Position numbers and translations under genes: made by a program. Shown here one piece after another: positions 35,890-50,040 of a stretch of DNA of 64,000 nt. This DNA comes from Squalus acanthias (taxonomy: Eukaryota): NCBI GenBank assembly GCA_030390025.1, contig CM059425.1:166224001-166288000 (forward strand). Direction: 5' to 3'. Below the pieces are notes generated by a model, which was given only the letters and a program-made list of their open reading frames with translations, was not told the origin of the DNA and ran no database searches. The first letter of the stretch is position 1. Every line of letters begins with the position of its first letter.

Positions 35890-38236
35890 CAAATTGGGGG
35901 GGGGTTCGTCAATACTGAGGAGGACTGCAACAAATTACAAGAAGACATTAATAAACTTGCAGAATGGGTATATAATTGGCAAATGAATTTCAACACAGGT
36001 AAATGTGAGGTATTACATTTTAGTAAGAAAAATAGGGAGGTCACATATTACTTGGAAAATAAGAATCTAAATGGGGTAGAAGAGCAAATACACAAATCAC
36101 TAAAAGTAGTGATGCAGGTCAATAAGGCCATAAAAAAAGCAAACCAGGCACTCGGGTTTATTTCTAGAGGGATAGAATTGTAAAGTAGAGAAGTTATGCT
36201 AAACCTGTATCGAACCATGGTTAGACCACACTTGGAGTACTGTGTACAATTCTGTTCACCATATTATAGAAAGGATATAGAGGCACTGGTGCAAAAAAGA
36301 TTTACAAGGATGATACCAGAAATGCGAGGGTATACCTATCGGGAAAGGATGAACAGGCTGGGTTTCTTTTCTCTTGAAAAGAGAAGGCTGAGGGGTGACC
36401 TAATAGAGGTCTATAAAATTATGAAAGGTTTTGATAGAGTAAATACAGAGAGAGTGTTTCCACTTGTGGGGAAGAGCAAATCTTGAGGCCATCAATATAA
36501 GATAGTCACCAAGAAATCAAATAGGGAATTCAGAAGAAACTTCTTTACCCAAAGAGTGGTGAGAATGTGGAACTCGCTACCACAGGGAGTGGTTGCAGCG
36601 AATAGTATAGATGGAAAACCGCAAATGTAACACCCCTATTTAAGAAAGGAGGGAGACAGAAAGCAGGCAACTATCGACCAGTTAGCCTAACATCTGTCAT
36701 TGGGAAAATGCTGGGGTTCATCATTAAGGAAGTGATAGCAGGACACTTAGAAAATCATAATATAGTCAAGCAGAGTCAACATGGTTTTATAAAAGGAAAA
36801 TCATGTTTGACAAATTTGCTGGAGTTCTTTGAGGATGTAACGAGCAGGGTGGATAAAGGGGAACTAGTAGATGTCGTGTGTTTGGCTTTCCAGAAGGCAT
36901 TCGATAAGGTGCCACATAAAAGGTTACTACACAAGAAAGGAGCTCACGGGATTGGGGGTAATATATTAACATGGATAGAGAATTGGCTAACTAACAGAAA
37001 GTCGGGATAAATGGGTCATTTTCAGGTTGGCAAACTGTAACTAGTGGGTGCCGCAGGGATTAGTGCTGGGGCCTCAACTATTTACAATCTATATTAATGA
37101 CTTGGATGAAGGGACTGAGTGTAATGTAGCCAAATTTGATGATGATACAAAGATAGGTGGGAAAGCAAATTGTGGGGAGGACACAAAGAATCTCCAAAGG
37201 GATACAGATAGGCTAAGTGAGTGGGCAAAAATCTGGCAGATGGAGTTTAATGTGGGAAAATGCGAGGTTATCCACTTTGGTAGGAAAAATAAAAAAGCAA
37301 ATTATTATTTAAATGCGGAGAGATTACAAAATGCTGAGGTACAGAGGGATCTGGGGGTCCTTGTACATGAAACACAAAATGTTAGCATGCAGGTACAGCA
37401 AGTAATTAGGAAGGCAAATGGAATGTTGGCCTTTATTACAAAGGGAATGGAGTATAAAAGTAGGGAAGTCCTGTTACAACTGTACAGGGCGTTGGTGAGA
37501 CCACACCTGGAGTACTGCGTACAGTTTTGGTCTCTTTATTTAAGGAAGGATATACTTGCATTGGAGGCAGTTCAGAGAAGGTTCACGAGGTTGATTCCGG
37601 AGATGAAGGGGTTGTCTTATGAAGAAAGGTTGAGCAGGTTGGGCCAAAACTCATTGGAGTTTAGAAGAATGAGAGGGGATCTTATTGAAACATATAAGAT
37701 TCTGAAGGGGCTTGACAGGGTAGATGCAGAGAGGATGTTTCCCGTCGTGGGGTATCTAGAACTAGGGGGCATCATTTCAGAATAAGGGGAAACTCTTTTA
37801 AATCGGAAATGAGGAGGAATTTCTTCTCTCAGAGGGTCGTGAATCTGTGGAATTCTCTACCCCAGAGAGCTGCGGAGGCTGGGTCATTGAATATATTTAA
37901 GGTGGAGATAGACAGATTTTTGAACAATAAAGGAGTCAAGGGTTATGGGGAGCGGGCAGGGAAGTGGAGTTGAGGCAAAGATCAGATCAGCCATGATCTT
38001 ATTGAATGGCGGAGCAGGCTCGAGGGGCCAAATGACCTCCTCCTGCTCCTACGTCTTATGTTCTTATGTTAAGGGGAGGCTAAATAAACATATGAGAGAG
38101 AAGGGAATACAGGGTTATGCTGATAGAGTTAGATAAGGAAAGATGGGAGGAGGCACGAGTAGAGCATAAATGCCGGCATGGACTGGTTGGGCCGAATGGC
38201 CTGTTTCTGTGCCGTATATCCTATGTAATCCTATGT
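35890..38236 (+). mobile_element. CR1 fragment containing a nested second CR1
   Basis: GAATAGTATAGATG (about 36613) resumes as TTAAGGGGAGGCTA (about 38070); (ATCCTATGTA)n tail. Confidence 0.88.
36614..38068 (+). mobile_element. Nested CR1 with RT region, frameshifted
   Basis: QHGFIKGKSCLTNL, FQKAFDKVPH, PQGLVLGP, KFDDDTK (from FADD); (TTCTTATG) tail. Confidence 0.92.
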
Positions 38237-38838
38237 TTTTAATATACAATAAAATCAGCCAGAGACCAGGGAAACAAAATCCATTTTTATCTTAGCTGTA
38301 TTGCCTGCTCATCACTGCCTCATTATTGTCTACTATTATGTCTCAATATTAATAGAAGTGCTATGTGCTTCTACATGTGGCAGAAAGATTTTCTTCTAAC
38401 GTGTAATTATACTGGACAGATTTTTATGCTCATTACAGTGAGGGTTGTCAGTGCTGGGAATTGAATACTTTTTCCATTTTTTCACCCAGCATCAGAATCA
38501 AGCACTGCCATGTGAACTGGAGCAATATGCCATAACCCCAACCTCAGATTAATATCTCCCACAGAACCTAATGTGAGCTTTTCTATTTCCCACATCAGCT
38601 ATGCTTGTGGACTTTGTGGGAGATTGGCAATTCAGTACTTGGTTGTGGCAAATAATGGACAGTTTTGTGCTGGGTTGAGATCAATAATTTGATATAGGAA
38701 CTTTACCGGCAGCAGTGAGATGACACTTTCATATCATTAGTCTGGGCTGGAGTCACACCCAGGTCATAGGGGTGAAAGGATGGGATCTACATTCAAACAA
38801 TGTCTGTCCTTTTTTAAACTGAAAAAATAAAATAAAAT

Positions 38839-41470
38839 GGGGGAAAAATTGGGTATCGCCCATTTTGGGGCGCTAATATTGACCGGGTGCAAATTTTAGC
38901 GCCCGGCGCTAATTATCGCCACCGACCGCGAAATTCATCTCCAGCGCCCCTGGAAGTGATTGGAGCTCTAAATCAAGCGCTATACACTTCTCTTAGGGCA
39001 CTAACATCGGGGAACAAGGCGCTATCTCAGAGCGCTACTGAAGCTCAGGCGATGTCAATTACCTTGTACTCAGACAGACTGGTGCCGTCCAGTTCTTAAA
39101 GGGGAGGATCCATCTTGCTACACAGCCGCACTCTGCTCATTGCAGCATTTGACATTGGCCTGCAAGCAGTTAAAAATCTTCATCCAAGATTTATGATGGA
39201 TACTCAGAGGCCCAGGGAGAGAGCTCGCCGGCTTAGCGACCAGGCAGTGCTGTTTCCAGAGACTGGCAGGAGGCCATTACCCCAGGAGTTTACAATTGTG
39301 TGGAGGGAGGTTGCCCAGCACTTGCCACCGCCTGTAACCCAGCCAGCCCAGACTGCTGTCACCCATGCAGAGTCGGTGCAGTCTCAGATCCAGGCCCAGA
39401 GCTGGTTGAAGGCGTACTGCAAAGCCATCTGCAGTCTCTGGATCCAACATTCAGCAGCCTTCCACCAGCCTTGCTGCAGCCACTGGGGCCACATTATGGA
39501 GGAGCAGTAGGTTGGGAAGGGGGGAAGTGCGCAGGGGATGGAGATCACCCTCGAAGGGCGAATAACTTAAAATTCTCCAACAAATGGGGGGAATGTTTGT
39601 GCCAAAGTTGGATGATCATGTTAATATATTGTTCACTGTCTACACTTATCTCAATGTGGTAAGAACCAGTTTTGTTAGTTAATGAATTATTTTATTTGTT
39701 TGTTATTGGTTGCGCTGAATAAATAAGACAGTTTGTCAGATAAATAAAATTTTTTATTGGAACTTCACAACTTTGCTCATTTGAGTCATTGGAGCTTTGC
39801 CCGGCAATAGGGGCTGCGGGATGCTTGCGATGATGTACTTGTCCATCCCAAAAACCATCTTCTCAGTCATTCACAGAAGCGGTGTCTTATCAGGCGTTCA
39901 TGGACAGCTGTTGCAGAGGCAACATTGAGCGCCTCCCTCCCACGTTGGTGCTGCTCATCCTCCTCCTGAGGTGGTGCACCAATCCCTGGTGGCAATGGCT
40001 GGGTCCTCATAATTGCGAGATTGTGAAGCATGCAGCACACAACAATGAAAACCGATACTCGATCGGGAGAGTACTGCAGGGCTCCTCCAGAGTGGTCAAG
40101 ACACCGGAACCGTTGCTTCAAGACGCCAATCGTCTGCTCAATCAGGTTCCTAGTGGCACTTTGGCTCTCATTGTATGCGAGCTCAGCAGGAGTGTTGGGG
40201 TTACAAAGCGGTGTCATCAGCCAGGTGCAGAGTGGATAACCCCTGTCTCTGAGGAGCCCCAGCCACGAGGTTGATGCGATGGTTGGAACAGGTCTGGGAC
40301 ACCAGTCTGGAGCAGGATGAAAGCATCGTGGCTGCTGCCAGGATAGTAGGCATTGACAGCAAGGATGCGCTGTCTGTGGTCGCAAACCAACTGGATGTTG
40401 AAAGAGTGGAAGCCTTTGCGGTTGCGGAAAACCTTTGCATTTTCATGGAGGTGCCTGCAATGCCACATGCGTGCAGTCAATGGCGCCCTGAACCATGGGG
40501 AAGCCTGCTATCCTAGCGAAGTCACATGCGCGTTCACGCTGTTTGTCTCGGGTCATGGGGAAAGTGAGGTACTCCCTTCTCCTTTTGTACAGAGCATTTG
40601 TGACCTCCCGGATGCAGCAATGGACAACGAACTGGGAGATATTCGCTATGTCCCCTGTTGAAGCCTGGAAGGAGCCATTGGCATAGAAATTCAGAGCCAC
40701 CGTCACCTACACTGCCACCAACAGACACATCCTGGTCCTGAGCTGAGGCTGCAGATCTGGTTACAGGAAGTGGCAGAGCTCAGTGACCACCTCCTTGCTG
40801 AAGCACAGCCTTCTGAAACACTGAAAATGTAGGAGAATTGCTCCCTGATTACCCTGGGAGGGTAAGGTCTCCTGTGTAGAGGCCTGTTGGCCCTCCTCCC
40901 TCTGGCCACGTTTGCCACTCTCTCTCTGCGCCTCTGCTGCCTCCGAAGGTGAATCTGGAGGACGACGCCCCGAGTTAGTACAGCCCCCATTTAATCTTGT
41001 AAATGTGGTAAATATAAAGCTCAGAGAAATAGGAACCTGAAAAGTGTTGCTCAGGAACAAAACTCCTTGTAGGACAGCGTTAAATCTCTCCAGACGCCTC
41101 TCTCCCTCTGCGTATGCCAAATATTTTGCCGACAGGAAAAAGCAGGAAGTGCACGCCTTTAAATAGCGCTCCCCCAGCTCCTTGCCGACTGCAAAACATC
41201 CCCCTCTACCTGTCGTTCCTAGCGCCAGGCGCTGAGGCCGGGGGCAAGAATCAATTTCCGGTCTGGGGTGCCTACCGCCGGTCCGGGGTGCTGCACGCTT
41301 GGATGACGTTCCGATCTCTGGGCGCAAGAGCTCGTGGCGGTAGTGTTTAGTGCCACCGCAAACCGCCAGGTCAATTTCACGGGCGGTGTTAAAATCGCTG
41401 CACTCCGGTGGTAAGTCGTTAGCGCCCCGCCCCCCCCCGGAGGCGCTGACCAACCAAATTTTTCCCCCCC
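38839..41470. mobile_element. PIF/Harbinger transposon with both ends, decayed
   Basis: TIR GGGGGAAAAATTGG / CCAAATTTTTCCCCC; TSD AAT at 38836-38838 and 41471-41473; Myb-like remnant (+, about 39193-39510). Confidence 0.92.
39867..40990 (-). pseudogene. Harbinger transposase, frameshifted
   Basis: GFPMVQGAIDCTHV, FRNRKGFHSFNIQLVCD, YPGSSHDAFIL, DRGYP, RNLIEQTIGVLKQRFRCL, CCMLHN. Confidence 0.92.
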
Positions 41471-42728
41471 AATGAGTCTTCTCATGTGATAGAAAGTGAG
41501 TGCTTAACTGAAAAATAATGTGTGTGTTTTGCTGGGTTATACTATCCTAGTACACATGTACAATGACATGTGTCATATTTATGCTTCTTTCTTTAAAATT
41601 TTCATGCACGCAAATAAGATTTCTTTAAATGTAACATACTGGGAAGTAAATTTAGGTAACTAATCTAAAATGTTTAATTAACTAGAACAGTAAAAAGCAA
41701 TGATCACTCTACCCCTACCGCAATAGTTTGTGTTTTATATTGACTTGGTTAAAACAGAAAAATATAGAGTTAGTATATTTAAATATTTATAACAAATTCA
41801 ATTTAATGAACGATGCCACATCTGTACTCCTACAATATTTGAAATTTTATTTTATTCGGCAGGCAAATATTTGAGATGGATTTAAGAGAGATTATGTGGT
41901 ATTGGCAGTCTGGTGCCTGAAGCATGGGTCAGTTTCTCAACTCTGTATAGCATATGAAATGGAGGGAGCCAATTAGCATTGTACCTTGGCCTGGGAAGGA
42001 GAGGTGCCTGTGGCAGTAAAGACGTGATTTAAAAAGCAATTAATTAGTACTGGGTGAAGTCAACGAGAGAGACATAAGCCCTGACTGTAACTCGGGGCGT
42101 GAGTGTGACATGAGGGGGCTGGGACGAGCGGCGAGCCTGCATCACTGCGGCGTGAGGCTCGGAGAGATTTTCACGAAGGGAGCCGGACTCCTGTCTGAAC
42201 CTGGCAGGAATCACTAGGTGGCCGGTGGAGGGGAGCAGGATTTTTGTGCGGCAGGAGGCCAGCGACCTGAGGGAACGGTCCCCGGCACTAAGTTAAATGG
42301 ATAAGGGGTGGTTTGGGAGGTGACCGGGGTCGAGGTGGGGAGAGCCTGGGACAAAGCAGGCCAAGGTTTCCTGCTCCTCCTGTCCCACAAGGAAGCCATC
42401 AAAAAATTTAAAAAGCTTCTACTGGCCCCGCTCCTGCTTGCTGGCAAGTTCCCGGCAGGTCCGGCACTCAACACAACACACGCAACCTGGGGTCTTAATT
42501 GCATCATAGGGTCCTGATTTTTGTATAATTATGAGGTCCTTGGCTGCCTGCAGCGAGCGCCTCCTACGCCTCCAAAAACCTGGGAGTTAAAATGGCAGCA
42601 GGTGGGAATACGGCCCGAGCGGGCAGGTGAGTACTCTACTGCTATTTTAACCCCTTGCTCTCTTCTCATCAGACGTGGGGTGGGTGTTAAAATCAGGAAT
42701 ATAAATTTCAGTTCTACTATACCCAGTA

Positions 42729-42747
42729 TAGCCAGCAGAGGGCAGTA
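42729..42747 (+). promoter_or_regulatory. CTCF-like motif
   Basis: TAGCCAGCAGAGGGCAGTA, a close match to the CTCF core consensus. Confidence 0.55.
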
Positions 42748-45700
42748 GTGCTTTCTTTACCAGCTCTTTATTTACTTTGTATTGTTGCAGTACAGCAAAG
42801 GTTTAGCGTCATTATATTCTTTAAGATAATTTTTTTAGTCTACAACATATACATAACATTATCAGCTATTATTTCCTACAATGACCTGTCAGAGCAGGAG
42901 ATAATTTTTCTACAATTTTGCACCTTCCTGGTAACTAATACTTATTGTTGATGCCCTCTTCACCGACGGAGGAACCCTTTCATAGATGGAAGTAAGGAAA
43001 ATGTGCCTTGTATATATTTCACAAACTAATACAGTGTCATGGATAAATTTGATGGTTAAGGAAGACTGGTTTAGACCCACCTGGAGGTCAGAGTACAATT
43101 CTGGTCACCGTACTGCAGTGGGGACATCCCGGTTTTGGGGAGTCCAGAGGGGGGGCAAATAAACAAATACCGAAATCGGCAAAGCCAATGCAAATGGTCA
43201 CAGAATTTTAAACGCAAATTATGTTTAGCGCAACTCGAGTTTCTGCGATCTTTTGTGCTAGTTTAAAAAAACATCTCGCCAGAAGCTGGTCTCACGCACA
43301 AAACTGGCCACGCCCCCGATCGAATTAATCACCATTGCGAGTTTCTGCTAATTACGCCCGTTTCTGGGCTTTTGTGGAGGCTCTTAAAATTAAGCTGGTT
43401 CTTTTGGGTGCAAGGACACTAATAGGCATGTTTTAAACGCTTTTGAATATATATATTTTTTACTTTACTAAGAAACTGACTACTGTACCCCAATATCACT
43501 AGCAAATGGTTCTGTATTATTTTTTAAAGTAATTTTCAGTTATTTAAAATCAGGTCACTCACAGGTGGTGGATTGACACTGATTAAAATGCTTATTTTTT
43601 GTGCTAAACTCATTTTCAGCTGTATTATGCAAACTGCACCAAGTTACCACTCTTAAATATAATCAAGGAATATTTTTTAAGCAAAATTTAATTCAAAAGT
43701 TACGTTCTTAAACAGCTGCCTGATTGCGTTCGCCGATATGCAAATGAGTTTGAGTGCTAACTTGAGAAAAAAAGTCTCCAAACTAGCGCAATTTTGGGCA
43801 CAATTTGCGCTCGGATCACCGATTGCACCCAAAGCAGAACCTCTAGTCCATGAACTATAAGGGACTCAGGAAATTAGGAAGGTTTACACTGGGGAAAACT
43901 TTATTAAAGCTTTCAAGATTTTAAGGGGTATAAATAAACTGAACCCTAATAATTTGTTAGAGAGAAGCTCAAACCAGTGTGGATATGGACTTAAGCTCAG
44001 AGAAAGGAAGACGAGCAGAAAGTTTAGATTTAACGATGGAACCGATTGTCTAGTGACACAATGGAAACAAGTAACGTCAGCAAGTTCAAGAGGCAGGTAC
44101 ACAGCTTTTTGGCAAAAGGGTGCGGTGTATAAGAAGTGGAGTATGATATGGTATTTTCTAATTTTGGGAATGGCCAGATGGACTTCAATAGTCTTTTGCA
44201 GTGCTATGATAATTCAGATGATGAGCATTTAGATAAATTTATTATACATTAGATTTGAACTCAAAGGGAGTTACTTTTCACTTACCACTGGAGTGTAATA
44301 CTGGCAGTGTGTGTTGGGCACCCGTTATAAAAATGGCTAATTTTCCATTCCATTGATTTCAAATAATTTTAAGTTCAAATTCTACACATTAAACATACTA
44401 GTTGCAGAGTGGGGCATATCTTCCTACACTGCTCGGAGCTTGGACTTGTACTCCTCTACTTTCAAGAAAAATGGAAGAAAAGCACCAAAACTCCAATATT
44501 AAATTAAATAAAAATTTAAAAGATGGGGCACATTTTATGATTGTACACTCCTGCTGTACAGCTTCAGGCAACAGAGGTATATATCAGGAATTTGAGCGCA
44601 GAAATTAGTGCACCCGCATGACTTTCCATCTGAAGCTCCACGCCGAAGTGTTAAATACTAAAAGTTAGCCCTACGTACCAAACTTTTGAAGTAATTCCCA
44701 GCTAAAGCCAACTACCATATTGGAGTCACAAATACTTTGGATCTCAGCAAAAAATTTGCAGAGGTTAATTGTTCTGAATAGTTACAAACTTAGATGCTTC
44801 CAGCTTGCACTGTGGGTTCAGTGTCCATCCATATCATGCATTTTTATGGGGTTCTATCATTAATTTGACACTTGTGTGCATACTCTTCAGCTTGGATGAA
44901 CTGACCCAAGATTGATTCTGAGATTGATAACCTCGACTAGAAGGACAGATGAAGCACAGAATGAGAAAAGGCTATCAAGCCTCCTCTGTTCATACAATTT
45001 ACCTTGTCACTAATTCCATCTCACTCATATTTCTTGTCTTTCTCTATTTTAATACTACTATGCAGTATTCCTATGAACTATCATTTCTTGTTCCCTCTGA
45101 GCTGCAAATATACCATCCTGCATGCTCTTTCTCCTTCTTACATCCTCCCCTGTATTGCAATCAAGACTCACTGCCGTCTTCCTCCTACAACCTACAGCCT
45201 TTTAAGACTCAAGCTTGATGCCACCTGGCCATACATCCTGAGTTACCTTGCCTTCTTTTCTACTCTTTTAATGTTTGTGCTGCTCTGTACAATACATCTT
45301 GGTGCTTCATCTAGGTTTCACAATAAAAAATTTCCCGAAGGAAAGTTTTATATAATGGTCTCTGTTCCCCAAAAGTAACCAAGCAAATCTTCTGAATATC
45401 AGTCCATCCTCACAGCTTCCATTATTCATTCTGCCTGATCTGCTGTTCATTATCCCTGAAACTATCCACCTCCCACAGCCCCAGCAGCAGAAGACCATTG
45501 TGTCCCTTGGAGCGTTTGATCATCTCAGTTGATAGCCATTCCAATAACCAACCAGATTTGATTCCCAATCAGATATTATATTTTTGAAGGAGTCGATTGA
45601 CTCAGTCTCAACTGCTTTTGCTGGGAGTCTTCTACATATTCACTACTTTGGGGAAAATGTTTCTTCCAATTTCAAGTCTCACTTGAGGGTTCTTAATTCA

Positions 45701-46251
45701 AAACCTTCTCTTCTAGTTCTGTGTATTATCTGTCAATCTTTATTTGTAATTATTCCAGATTGCCAGAAAAGCTTGGAGGGATGATACAGTAACCCGATTA
45801 ACAGGGCTGCTTACTGCAAAGTGGTCGGAGTGTCATACCCAATGGTACACACAAATACAGGGGATTTAATTAAGGATTTAACCTGCTGAATATATAATTA
45901 GCCACAACTACCCCACAAAGGATAGTTTCATCAGCTTTTGTGAAATTTCAGACAGCAATAGTTTATTCAAAATCTCAATTCCTCTTTCTTACTTTGCATT
46001 TAGAACGATCACAAATGAAACATAAAAGCAAATGGAAGATAAATGTGTAGCAAGAAATACCAACACGTCTTCAATTTTAAAACCACTCATAAGAACAAGG
46101 TGTTAAATTGAACTGTGCAAAAGAAAAGCACAAAATAGGGAATGAGTTATATTTAGAACACAGACTTGAGTAATTGCTCTTCTGGATCTCTAAACCGTCA
46201 CCTCATCAACAGCCTGTTCATTACAGTGCAACCTGACAATCAGGGGATATT

Positions 46252-46965
46252 GGCCCAGATATTCCAGTCCCTACGGGTGTGTACGAGCTGTGTACCCACC
46301 CGTAGGGACATCGGAAATGCCGGTTTCAGGTATGCACAGCGCATGTGCTGAAAACCGGCATTTCCGATCTGTCAAGAACGCTCTTGACAGATTGGACGCC
46401 TGCCCTGGAGAAGGGCCTCTGCGGGCGGATAGTTCCGCTTTCTGGAGACCCTCCGCCCGCAGAAAATCCTTAGAATTCTTATGCCTGGCAAAAGCAGGCG
46501 TAAGGCCCGCTTTTACCAGGATAAGAGTTGAAAAAAGATTTTTTTTTCAGTCATTTATCATTTAAAAATACTTTTAAAAAAAAGTTTATTTTTAGCCCCA
46601 TAAAAACTTTAATTATTTTTTTCAAAAAATAATGTAAAAAAAATTAAATTTATTGTAATTTCAACTAATTTTAAAAAGGTGATGGTTTTTAAAAAAAATT
46701 ATTTGAAGTTTTACTATGTTTTTTCATTGATCTCCATTCATATATTTGACAGGTCTATCGGTCAAGTGTATGAAGAGAGATTCCCTTCTTTGATTGGCTC
46801 CCCATAGCCCACGTGATCCCAGGGACGCTTGCGAACCGCACTTGGAATTGGAGAGGCCCAACATCGGAACTACATGCACCTTGGGAGCCCTCAGGTAAGT
46901 GCGTAGATTTTTTCCAGATCGGAGGCCTCCGCACGCGGGAAGCCTCCGATCGGAAAATACGGCCC
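46252..46965. mobile_element. MITE with AT-rich core
   Basis: Imperfect TIR GGCCCAGATATTCC / GGAAAATACGGCCC; ATT on both flanks. Confidence 0.7.
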
Positions 46966-49900
46966 ATTGTATTGTCTGGAATGGGTTTAATCTCAGTCTG
47001 GTGAACAGCCTGGTAGAGGTGAAGCAGGAGAAGGAAGCAAAAGAAAAGTGTGAGAAAGAAAATCTAATTTTCTAATCACTGTTAGGGTATTCACAATTTT
47101 GAATTTATAATATCAACATCAAAGCAACAGCAGGAGCAATCAGACAGCAGTAAAAGTTGTTCAAATTGTAAGGTTTATAATGAATTAAAAGGCATACAGG
47201 CCTTAAATCATTCTGTGAGTGGGTAAGGAAGACTTCTATTTTAATATAATAAATTCTATCTAATTTTCTGCATCCTATTGTTGTCTTCTCTGACTTTATC
47301 TTGTGTACAATGTCCTCTCATGTGACACTCTTGGACATTGTGATTTACATTATTTTATTGATGATTAAACGCCATCAGCTACATGTTTCCCTTACACTTG
47401 CTCGTCTTTAATTCTTTGACGGGCGTTAATAGTCTGGATCAATGCCAACTACTGTAATTATGCCATTATCTATGCTCACACAAAACATCTTCAGAGGCCC
47501 TATTAGGATGGTATTGGTAACATTTCCTCAGAGATCATGGCAGTTCCAATGCTATTATGAACTTAGTGACATTACCTGGTGCATGATTTCCTTTAGTAAA
47601 TCTTATTTTATAGAAAGTTGTAAATTGAGAGGAAATTAAGAAAATCATGGGGAAACATGCAGGGTTGCAGTTAAACTGCAGTCAGAATGCCAACACGTGG
47701 AGTGCAAAATGCAGCTGGCAAGCCCAGAGCTATAATGTACATTGTCGCTTGCACTCTGCCTGGCAGGAGAGGGCTCTATGCAGGTGTCCTTACACATAGG
47801 TGCAGAGCTCCATTCCCCAGAACCTAGTTTTTAATGTGAGAAGGGACCAATATCTCCTAACATTAAAATTACCCAAGTGGAATAAGGCAGCCTCCCAGAG
47901 GGGTTTCAGTGCATTCTGGCATTAGATGTGGGCCTAACTGGAGTTATTTCATGTTGATGCACATCAATACAAAAGTGACAATAAAACTGCAGTTCAAGTA
48001 AACCTGAAATGTGGTCCAGTTCACCAGGGCTGATCAAAACTGAGCTTGGACAAAAGTAATGCGTTTCTTTTTGTATTTCATTTTGTTCACCAATAGTGAG
48101 CATTAAGTGCACTAAAACAATGGGTATTGAGCATATGATGCATAAATCAGGAGATGTTTGGCTGGCTGGACACAGTATCATAGTGCTCTGTGATAATGAT
48201 CACTCACAATGATCTAAAACTATTCATATGGCATTCTACTGTTTGATTTTTTTAATGGAATTGTTTCATCCAAATAGCCAAGGGCTCACTATGGGATAAA
48301 GCACCATCTTCACTGAGTTTTATGGATTGGGAATTTGGGCATGGCCTTGTTAAAACTTTTCATTCAGTAATTTTAATGGACAGAAAATCATGTGTTGTGG
48401 GTGGGGGGATGGGGGTGGTATTGGGGCTTGGTGTGCGGGAGGGGGGTTGGGGGTGGGGGCTATGCACACTCCAACTTCCTCCTGATATGTGCTCCCGGCA
48501 TACAAAACTTTTGCAAACCATTAACATTCTTTTGAAAGTAGGGGGCCTAAAATTGTACACAATATTGTGAATGTGGCCTTCCCAATGATTTATAAAATGT
48601 TAAAATAACTTGTTTCAACATAATCAAATGCCCTGAAGGTGCATCTCAGTACTCGTGTAGCTCATGAGAACAACTTTACATTGCCTGGATGCACATCAGT
48701 GAGCGATCAACAATCACATCCAATTTTGTTCCATCTTTTCCAACAACTGTGTACATGTTTCATGTCTCCTGTACCAATGAGTATTATTGTACATTTATCC
48801 ACATTAGCATTTGTGATACCATAACCTACTTACAACAGCAACAACTTGATTTACGTTGCATTTTTGACATCGAGAATATTATACAGATCTCTGTATAATA
48901 ACAATGTAGTGAGCCTTTGGCTTAGTGGTAGCATTCCTGTCTCGGAGTCAGCAGGTACAGAGTTAACCCAACTCCTGACATTCCCGGTGAGTGGAGACAG
49001 GAGCTCTGGCTCTGAATTCTGGATATCCAGTGGGATACTCATGTTTAGTGGATCTGGGAGCCTCTCCCTTATTGTGTGGGTTGTGGGAGTCCAAAAAACC
49101 CTTCCGCCCCGCCGTATAGGACTAACCACCTTATCAGCTGGTATAAAGATAGTTATGGCCATGGAAGGCCTGTTCATGCTGCAGTCTGTCAGATTGTGAC
49201 TCCTACCACTATTCTCCAAGGAAAAAATGGGAAGATAGAATAACAATGCTAACAATGTGTTCTAGAGTACTCACATGACCACATATCTTGCTGTCACCAG
49301 TAAATGCTATATTACTAGGAATGCACTGTTGTTTTACCTTTTGGGTCTTCATTAGTCACTGCAGTCAATATAAAGCCTTGTCCATTTATTATCATCTTCA
49401 GCTCTTATGACTAATTTGCCATTAAAGCCCCAATTTTAACTCGGGGTGAGAGGTCAGTGTGGGGCCAGTAGGGTGAGCGACAGGCTCGCCCTGGCCCACC
49501 GAGGTGAGGACCAGGTCTCATTACCATATTCCAGGCCCGACTCCCGCCTGAATCTGGCAGGAATGATGTGGAGGCCGGGGGAAGAGATTTCACTACGTTT
49601 TGTGAGAAAAATTGCTTCTGATTTGTCATGTATTCCCTCGAGTTTAGAAGGTTGAGACGTGTTTCAAATGATGAAGGAATTTCATAGGGTAGATGCAGAG
49701 AAACTATTTCTTCTGGTGGGGGAATCCAGAGGAAGAGGGCATAATCTTAAAATTAGAACTAGGCCAGTTAGGTTGACTAGTCTTGCTGATTAACAATCTT
49801 GCATTATATTTTCTATGTTAAATGGCCTTGCTCTTAAACTGAACGCAAAACTCCAAATGGGGTTTGGTCAAGGCTCGGTAGAATTGAGGCATCACTTCCC

Positions 49901-50040
49901 CACTTTTGAATTCCAACCCCCATTGGAATATAAGGCCAACATTCCATTAGCCTTGTTGATTAGCTTTTATACCTGTGCCCTAGCTTTTAGTGATTTGTTT
50001 ATAAGGACACACAAATCCCTTTGTTCTTCCACAGCTCCAT

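Noticed and set aside
39867..40990. Domesticated host HARBI1 gene
   Set aside because: Frameshifted and enclosed by TIRs with a TSD, so it is a transposon copy
41863..41898. Plus-strand exon candidate
   Set aside because: Acceptor plausible but donor weak and no recognisable peptide
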